Positions 53,501 to 64,000 of a stretch of 64,000 nt of DNA are shown piece after piece. The notes under the pieces were generated by a model. The model ran no database searches. It had not been told where the DNA came from and saw only the letters and a list, made by a program, of their open reading frames with translations. Within the stretch, counting starts at the first letter, position 1. Every line of letters begins with the position of its first letter. The stretch comes from Eledone cirrhosa (lineage: Eukaryota): NCBI GenBank assembly GCA_964016885.1, contig OZ024750.1, forward strand, positions 37,634,001 through 37,698,000, written 5' to 3'. A program made the translations under genes and the position numbers.

Positions 53501-56500
53501 CCTGTACGCTGTATGTGATGTACCATGAAGCTATGACTAACCTGTACACTGTATGTGATGTACCATGAAGCTATGGCTAACCTGTACACTGTATGTGATG
53601 TACCATGAAGCTATGGCTAACCTGTACACTGTATGTGATGTACCATGAAGCTATGACTAACATGTACAATGTATGTGATGTACCATGAAGCTATGACTAA
53701 CCTGTACACTGTATGTGATGTACTATGAAACTATGACTAACCTGTACACTGTATGTGAAGTACCATGACTCTATGACTAACCTGTACACTGTATGTGATG
53801 TACCATAAAGCTATGGCTAACCTCTACACTGTATCTGATGTACCATGAAGCTACGACTAACCTGTACACTGTATGTGATGTACCATGAAGCTATGGCTAA
53901 CCTGTACACTGTATGTGATGTACCATGAAGCTATAGCTAACCTGTACACTGTATGTGATGTACCATGAAGCTATGGCTAACCTGTACACTGTATGTGATG
54001 TACCATGAAGCTATGACTAACCTGTACACTGTATGTGATGTACCATGAAGCTATGACTAACCTGTACACTGTATGTGATGTACCATGAAGCTATGACTAA
54101 CCTGTACACTGTATGTGATGTACCATGAAGCTATGACTAACCTGTACACTGTATGTGATGTACCATGAAGCTATGACTAACCTGTACACTGTATGTGATG
54201 TACCATGAAGCTACGACTAACCTGTACACTGTATGTGATGTACCATGAAGCTATGACTAACCTGTACAATGTATGTGATGTACCATGAAGCTATAGCTAA
54301 CCTGTACACTGTATGTGATCTACCATGAAGCTATGGCTAACCCGTACACTGTATGTGCTGTAACATGAAGCTATGACTAACCTGTACACTGTATGTGATG
54401 TACCATGAAGCTACGACTAACCTGTACACTGTATGTGATGTACCATGAAGCTATGACTAACCTGTACACTGTACGTGATGTACCAGGAAGCTGTAGCTAA
54501 CCTGTACACTGTATGTGATCTACCATGAAGCTATGGCTAACCTGTACACTGTATGTGATGTACCATGAAGCTATGACTAACCTGTACACTGTATGTGATG
54601 TACCATGAAGCTATGACTAACCTGTACACTGTATGTAATGTACCATGAAGCTATGACTAACCTGTACACTGTATGTGATGTACCATGAAGCTATGGCTAA
54701 CCTGTACACTGTATGTGATGTACCATGAAGCTATGACTAACCTGTACACCGTATGTGATGTACCATGAAGCTATGGCTAACCTGTACACTGTATGTGATG
54801 TACCATGAAGCTATGGCTAGCCTGTACACTGTATGTGATGTACCATGAAGATATGACTAACCTGTACACAGTATGTGATGTACCATGAAGCTATGGCTAA
54901 CCTGTACACTGTATGTGATGTACCATGAAGCTATGAATAACCTGTACACTGTATCTGATGTACCATGAAGCTATAGCTAACCTGTACACTGTATGTGATC
55001 TACCATGAAGCTATGACTAACCTGTACACTGTATGTGATGTACCATGAAGCTATGGCTAACCTGTACACTGTATGTGATGTACCATGAAGCTATGACTAA
55101 CCTGTACACTGTATGTGATGTACCATGAAGCTATGACTAACCTAAAGACTGTATGTGATGTACCATGAAGCTATAGCTAACCTGTACACTGTATGTGATG
55201 TACCATGAAGCTATGACTAACCTGAAGACTGTATGTGATGTACCACGAAGCTATATCTAACCTGTACACTGTATGTGATGTACCATGAAGCTATGAATAA
55301 CCTGTACGCTGTATGTGATGTACCATGAAGCTATGACTAACCTGTACACTGTATGTGATGTACCATGAAGCTATGGCTAACCTGTACACTGTATGTGATG
55401 TACCATGAAGCTATGGCTAACCTGTACACTGTATGTGATGTACCATGAAGCTATGACTAACATGTACAATGTATGTGATGTACCATGAAGCTATGACTAA
55501 CCTGTACACTGTATGTGATGTACTATGAAACTATGACTAACCTGTACACTGTATGTGAAGTACCATGACTCTATGACTAACCTGTACACTGTATGTGATG
55601 TACCATAAAGCTATGGCTAACCTCTACACTGTATCTGATGTACCATGAAGCTACGACTAACCTGTACACTGTATGTGATGTACCATGAAGCTATGGCTAA
55701 CCTGTACACTGTATGTGATGTACCATGAAGCTATAGCTAACCTGTACACTGTATGTGATGTACCATGAAGCTATGGCTAACCTGTACACTGTATGTGATG
55801 TACCATGAAGCTATGACTAACCTGTACACTGTATGTGATGTACCATGAAGCTATGACTAACCTGTACACTGTATGTGATGTACCATGAAGCTATGACTAA
55901 CCTGTACACTGTATGTGATGTACCATGAAGCTATGACTAACCTGTACACTGTATGTGATGTACCATGAAGCTATGACTAACCTGTACACTGTATGTGATG
56001 TACCATGAAGCTACGACTAACCTGTACACTGTATGTGATGTACAATGAAGCTATGACTAACCTGTACAATGTATGTGATGTACCATGAAGCTATAGCTAA
56101 CCTGTACACTGTATGTGATCTACCATGAAGCTATGGCTAACCCGTACACTGTATGTGCTGTAACATGAAGCTATGACTAACCTGTACACTGTATGTGATG
56201 TACCATGAAGCTACGACTAACCTGTACACTGTATGTGATGTACCATGAAGCTATGACTAACCTGTACACTGTACGTGATGTACCAGGAAGCTGTAGCTAA
56301 CCTGTACACTGTATGTGATCTACCATGAAGCTATGGCTAACCTGTACACTGTATGTGATGTACCATGAAGCTATGACTAACCTGTACACTGTATGTGATG
56401 TACCATGAAGCTATGACTAACCTGTACACTGTATGTAATGTACCATGAAGCTATGACTAACCTGTACACTGTATGTGATGTACCATGAAGCTATGGCTAA

Positions 56501-59500
56501 CCTGTACACTGTATGTGATGTACCATGAAGCTATGACTAACCTGTACACCGTATGTGATGTACCATGAAGCTATGGCTAACCTGTACACTGTATGCGATG
56601 TACCATGAAGCTATGGCTAGCCTGTACACTGTATGTGATGTACCATGAAGATATGACTAACCTGTACACAGTATGTGATGTACCATGAAGCTATGGCTAA
56701 CCTGTACACTGTATGTGATGTACCATGAAGCTATGACTAACCTGTACCCTGTATATGATGTACCATGAAGCTATGACTAACCTGTACACTGTATGTGATG
56801 TACCATGAAGCTATGGCTAACATGTACACTGTATGTGATGTACCATGAAGCTATGACTAACCTGTACACTGTATGTGATGTACCATGAACCTATGGCTAA
56901 CCTGCACACTGTATGTGATGTACCATGAAGCTATGACTAACCTGTACACTGTATGTGATGTACCATGAAGCTATGGCTAACCTGTACACTGTATGTGATG
57001 TACCATGAAGCTATGGCTAACCTGTACACTGTATGTGATGTACCATGAAGCTATGACTAACCTGTACACTGTATGTGATGTACCATGAAGCTATGACTAA
57101 CCTGTACACTGTATGTGATGTACCATGAAGCTATGGCTAACCTGTACACTGTATGTGATGTACCATGAAGCTATGAATAACCTGTACACTGTATGTGATG
57201 TACCATGAATCTATGACTAACCTGTACACTGTATGTGATGTACCATGAAGCTATGGCTAACCTGTACACTGTATGTGATGTACCATGAAGCTATGGCTAA
57301 CCTGTACACTGTATGTGATGTACCATGAAGCTATGACTAACATGTACAATGTATGTGATGTACCATGAAGCTATGGCTAACCTGTACACTGTATGTGATG
57401 TACCATGAAGCTATGACTAACCTGTACACTGTATGTGATGTACCATGAACCTATGACTAACCTGTACACTGTATGTGATGTACCGTGAAGCTATGGCTAA
57501 CCTGTACACTGTATGTGATGTACCATGAAGCTATGGCTAACCTGTACACTGTATGTGATGTACCATGAAGCTATGGCTAACCTGTACACTGTATGTGATG
57601 TACCATGAAGCTATGGCTAACCTGTACACTGTATGTGATGTACCATGAAGATATGACTAACCTGTACACTGTATGTGATGTACCATGAAGCTATGGCTAA
57701 CCTGTACACTGTATGTGATGTACCATGAAGCTATGACTAACCTGTACACTGTGTATGATGTACCATGAAGCTATGACTAACCTGTACACTGTATGTGATG
57801 TACCATGAAGCTATGGCTAACATGTACACTGTATGTGATGTACCATGAAGCTATGACTAACCTGTACACTGTATGTGATGTACCATGAAGCTATAGCTAA
57901 CCTGTACACTGTATGTGATCTACCATGAAGCTATGGCTAACCTGTACACTGTATGTGATGTACCATGAAGCTATGGCTAACCTGTACACTGTATGTGATG
58001 TACCATGAAGCTATGACTAACCTGTACACTTTATGTGATGTACCATGAAGCTATGACTAATCTGTACACTGTATGTGATGTACCATGAAGCTATGGCTAA
58101 CCTGTACACTGTATGTGATGTACCATGAAGCTATGACTAACCTGTACACTGTATGTGATGTACCATGAAGCTATGACTAACCTGTACACTGTATGTAATG
58201 TACCATGAAGCTATGACTAACCTGTACACTGTATGTGATGTACCATGAAGCTATGGCTAACCTGTACACTGTATGTGATGTACCATGAAGCTATGACTAA
58301 CCTGTACACCGTATGTGATGTACCATGAAGCTATGGCTAACCTGTACACTGTATGTGATGTACCATGAAGCTATGGCTAACCTGTACACTGTATGTGATG
58401 TACCATGAAGCTATGACTAACCTGTACACTGTATGTGATGTACCATGAAGCTATGACTAACCTGTACACTGTATGTGATGTACCGTGAAGCTATGGCTAA
58501 CCTGTACACTGTATGTGATGTACCATGAAGCTATGGGTAACCTGTACACTGTATGTGATGTACCATGAAGCTATGGCTAACCTGTACACTGTATGTTATG
58601 TACCATGAAGCTATGGCTAACCTGTACACTGTATGTGATGTACCATGAAGCTATAGCTAACCTGTACACTGTATGTGATCTACCATGAAGCTATGGCTAA
58701 CCTGTACACTGTATGTGATGTAACATGAAGCTATGACTAACCTGTACACTGTATGTGATGTACCATGAAGCTACGACTAACCTGTACACTGTATGTGATG
58801 TACCATGAAGCTATGACTAACCTGTACACTGTATGTGATGTACCATGAAGCTATAGCTAACCTGTACACTGTATGTGATCTACCATGAAGCTATGGCTAA
58901 CCTGTACACTGTATGTGATGTACCATGAAGCTATGACTAACCTGTACACTGTATGTGATGTACCGTGAAGCTATGGCTAACCTGTACACTGTATGTGATG
59001 TACCATGAAGCTATGGCTAACCTGTACACTGTATGTGATGTACCATGAAGCTATGGCTAACCTGTACACTGTATGTGATGTACCATGAAGCTATGGCTAA
59101 CCTGTACACTGTATGTGATGTACCATGAAGATATGACTAACCTGTACAATGTATGTGATGTACCATGAAGCTATGGCTAACCTGTACACTGTATGTGATG
59201 TACCATGAAGCTATGACTAACCTGTACACTGTATATGATGTACCATGAAGCTATGACGAACCTGTACACTGTATGTGATGTACCATGAAGCTGTGGCTAA
59301 CATGTACACTGTATGTGATGTACCATGAAGCTATGACTAACCTGTACACTGTATGTGATGTACCATGAAGCTATAGCTAACCTGTACTCTGTATGTGATG
59401 TACCATGAAGCTATGACTAACATGTACACTGTACGTAATGTACCATGAAGCTATGGCTAACCTGTACACTGTATGTGATGTACCATGAAGCTATGGCTAA

Positions 59501-62500
59501 CCTGTACACTGTATGTGATGTACCATGAAGCTATGGCTAACCTGTACACTGTATGTGATGTACCATGAAGCTATGGCTAACCTGTACACTGTATGTGATG
59601 TACCATGAAGATATGACTAACCTGTACAATGTATGTGATGTACCATGAAGCTATGGCTAACCTGTACACTGTATGTGATGTACCATGAAGCTATGACTAA
59701 CCTGTACACTGTATGTGATGTACCGTGAAGCTATGGCTAACCTGTACACTGTATGTGATGTACCATGAAGCTATGGCTAACCTGTACACTGTATGTGATG
59801 TACCATGAAGCTATGGCTAACCTGTACACTGTATGTGATGTACCATGAAGCTATGGCTAACCTGTACACTGTATGTGATGTACCATGAAGATATGACTAA
59901 CCTGTACAATGTATGTGATGTACCATGAAGCTATGGCTAACCTGTACACTGTATGTGATGTACCATGAAGCTATGGCTAACCTGTACACTGTATGTGATG
60001 TACCATGAAGATATGACTAACCTGTACACTGTATGTGATGTACCATGAAGCTATGGCTAAACTGTACACTGTATGTGATGTACCACGAAGCTATGACTAA
60101 CCTGTACACTGTATGTGATGTACCATGAAGCTATGAATAACCTGTACACTGTATCTGATGTACCATGAAGCTATAGCTAACCTGTACACTGTATGTGATC
60201 TACCATGAAGCTATGACTAACCTGTACACTGTATGTGATGTACCATGAAGCTATGACTAACCTGTACACTTTATGTGATGTACCATGAAGCTATGACTAA
60301 CCTGTACACTGTATGTGATGTACCATGAAGCTATGACTAACCTAAAGACTGTATGTGATGTACCATGAAGCTATAGCTAACCTGTACACTGTATGTGATG
60401 TACCATGAAGCTATGACTAACCTGAAGACTGTATGTGATGTACCACGAAGCTATAGCTAACCTGTACACTGTATGTGATGTACCATGAAGCTATGAATAA
60501 CCTGTACGCTGTATGTGATGTACCATGAAGCTATGACTAACCTGTACACTGTATGTGATGTACCATGAAGCTATGGCTAACCTGTACACTGTATGTGATG
60601 TACCATGAAGCTATGGCTAACCTGTACACTGTATGTGATGTACCATGAAGCTATGACTAACATGTACAATGTATGTGATGTACCATGAAGCTATGACTAA
60701 CCTGTACACTGTATGTGATGTACTATGAAACTATGACTAACCTGTACACTGTATGTGAAGTACCATGACTCTATGACTAACCTGTACACTGTATGTGATG
60801 TACCATAAAGCTATGGCTAACCTCTACACTGTATCTGATGTACCATGAAGCTACGACTAACCTGTACACTGTATGTGATGTACCATGAAGCTATGGCTAA
60901 CCTGTACACTGTATGTGATGTACCATGAAGCTATAGCTAACCTGTACACTGTATGTGATGTACCATGAAGCTATGGCTAACCTGTACACTGTATGTGATG
61001 TACCATGAAGCTATGACTAACCTGTACACTGTATGTGATGTACCATGAAGCTATGACTAACCTGTACACTGTATGTGATGTACCATGAAGCTATGACTAA
61101 CCTGTACACTGTATGTGATGTACCATGAAGCTATGACTAACCTGTACACTGTATGTGATGTACCATGAAGCTATGACTAACCTGTACACTGTATGTGATG
61201 TACCATGAAGCTACGACTAACCTGTACACTGTATGTGATGTACCATGAAGCTATGACTAACCTGTACAATGTATGTGATGTACCATGAAGCTATAGCTAA
61301 CCTGTACACTGTATGTGATCTACCATGAAGCTATGGCTAACCCGTACACTGTATGTGATGTAACATGAAGCTATGACTAACCTGTACACTGTATGTGATG
61401 TACCATGAAGCTACGACTAACCTGTACACTGTATGTGATGTACCATGAAGCTATGACTAACCTGTACACTGTACGTGATGTACCAGGAAGCTGTAGCTAA
61501 CCTGTACACTGTATGTGATCTACCATGAAGCTATGGCTAACCTGTACACTGTATGTGATGTACCATGAAGCTATGACTAACCTGTACACTGTATGTGATG
61601 TACCATGAAGCTATGACTAACCTGTACACTGTATGTAATGTACCATGAAGCTATGACTAACCTGTACACTGTATGTGATGTACCATGAAGCTATGGCTAA
61701 CCTGTACACTGTATGTGATGTACCATGAAGCTATGACTAACCTGTACACCGTATGTGATGTACCATGAAGCTATGGCTAACCTGTACACTGTATGTGATG
61801 TACCATGAAGCTATGGCTAGCCTGTACACTGTATGTGATGTACCATGAAGATATGACTAACCTGTACACAGTATGTGATGTACCATGAAGCTATGGCTAA
61901 TCTGTACACTGTATGTGATGTACCATGAAGCTATGACTAACCTGTACACTGTATATGATGTACCATGAAGCTATGACTAACCTGTACACTGTATGTGATG
62001 TACCATGAAGCTATGGCTAACATGTACACTGTATGTGATGTACCATGAAGCTATGACTAACATGTACAATGTATGTGATGTACCATGAAGCTATGACTAA
62101 CCTGTACACTGTATGTGATGTACTATGAAACTATGACTAACCTGTACACTGTATGTGAAGTACCATGACTCTATGACTAACCTGTACACTGTATGTGATG
62201 TACCATAAAGCTATGGCTAACCTCTACACTGTATCTGATGTACCATGAAGCTACGACTAACCTGTACACTGTATGTGATGTACCATGAAGCTATGGCTAA
62301 CCTGTACACTGTATGTGATGTACCATGAAGCTATAGCTAACCTGTACACTGTATGTGATGTACCATGAAGCTATGGCTAACCTGTACACTGTATGTGATG
62401 TACCATGAAGCTATGACTAACCTGTACACTGTATGTGATGTACCATGAAGCTATGACTAACCTGTACACTGTATGTGATGTACCATGAAGCTATGACTAA

Positions 62501-64000
62501 CCTGTACACTGTATGTGATGTACCATGAAGCTATGACTAACCTGTACACTGTATGTGATGTACCATGAAGCTATGACTAACCTGTACACTGTATGTGATG
62601 TACCATGAAGCTACGACTAACCTGTACACTGTATGTGATGTACCATGAAGCTATGACTAACCTGTACAATGTATGTGATGTACCATGAAGCTATAGCTAA
62701 CCTGTACACTGTATGTGATCTACCATGAAGCTATGGCTAACCCGTACACTGTATGTGATGTAACATGAAGCTATGACTAACCTGTACACTGTATGTGATG
62801 TACCATGAAGCTACGACTAACCTGTACACTGTATGTGATGTACCATGAAGCTATGACTAACCTGTACACTGTACGTGATGTACCAGGAAGCTGTAGCTAA
62901 CCTGTACACTGTATGTGATCTACCATGAAGCTATGGCTAACCTGTACACTGTATGTGATGTACCATGAAGCTATGACTAACCTGTACACTGTATGTGATG
63001 TACCATGAAGCTATGACTAACCTGTACACTGTATGTAATGTACCATGAAGCTATGACTAACCTGTACACTGTATGTGATGTACCATGAAGCTATGGCTAA
63101 CCTGTACACTGTATGTGATGTACCATGAAGCTATGACTAACCTGTACACCGTATGTGATGTACCATGAAGCTATGGCTAACCTGTACACTGTATGTGATG
63201 TACCATGAAGCTATGGCTAGCCTGTACACTGTATGTGATGTACCATGAAGATATGACTAACCTGTACACAGTATGTGATGTACCATGAAGCTATGGCTAA
63301 TCTGTACACTGTATGTGATGTACCATGAAGCTATGACTAACCTGTACACTGTATATGATGTACCATGAAGCTATGACTAACCTGTACACTGTATGTGATG
63401 TACCATGAAGCTATGGCTAACATGTACACTGTATGTGATGTACCATGAAGCTATGTCTAACCTGTACACTGTATGTGATGTACCATGAACCTATGGCTAA
63501 CCTGCACACTGTATGTGATGTACCATGAAGCTATGACTAACCTGTACACTGTATGTGATGTACCATGAAGCTATGGCTAACCTGTACACTGTATGTGATG
63601 TACCATGAAGCTATGGCTAACCTGTACACTGTATGTGATGTACCATGAAGCTATGACTAACCTGTACACTGTATGTGATGTACCATGAAGCTATGACTAA
63701 ACTGTACACTGTATGTGATGTACCATGAAGCTATGGCTAACCTGTACACTGTATGTGATGTACCATGAAGCTATGAATAACCTGTACACTGTATGTGATG
63801 TACCATGAATCTATGACTAACCTGTACACTGTATGTGATGTACCATGAAGCTATGGCTAACCTGTACACTGTATGTCATGTACCATGAAGCTATGGCTAA
63901 CCTGTACACTGTATGTGATGTACCATGAAGCTATGACTAACATGTACAATGTATGTGATGTACCATGAAGCTATGGCTAACCTGTACACTGTATGTGATG
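17506..64000. repeat. 40-bp satellite array B, over 46 kb, about 1,160 units, running off the window end
   Basis: Consensus CTAACCTGTACACTGTATGTGATGTACCATGAAGCTATGR, head-to-tail with low divergence and only a few indels. No insertions or inversions were seen. Confidence 0.99.

Noticed and set aside
17506-64000. CRISPR-like array
   Set aside because: The units are contiguous with no unique spacers, there are no cas genes, and the context is eukaryotic.

Overview
Eukaryotic, repeat-dominated DNA, probably octopus or another cephalopod (inferred from recalled SINE similarity, not verified by search). Bases 1-17.5 kb are mostly nested, decayed transposons: tRNA-derived SINE pieces, two RTE LINE remnants (one interrupted by a hAT MITE with a perfect 8-bp TSD), two convergent Helitron RepHel/PIF1 pseudogenes, two CRE-like retrotransposon 3' ends with the restriction-like endonuclease region, and a Tigger-like MITE. 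One intact, uninterrupted 246-aa ORF has a death-domain-like N-terminal half. From about 17,506 to the window end lies a 40-bp satellite (over 46 kb, about 1,160 units) with mosaic higher-order duplications. The main pattern is that each larger tandem array starts in or directly against a transposon. A 33-bp x3 repeat copies a SINE B-box region, a 70-bp x16.5 array copies CRE endonuclease coding sequence, a 40-bp x~100 array sits at a CRE 3' end, and the large 40-bp satellite begins in frame in a decayed 23-aa-periodic (STPR-like, Helitron-type) coding stretch. No rRNA, CRISPR array or prokaryotic gene is present.
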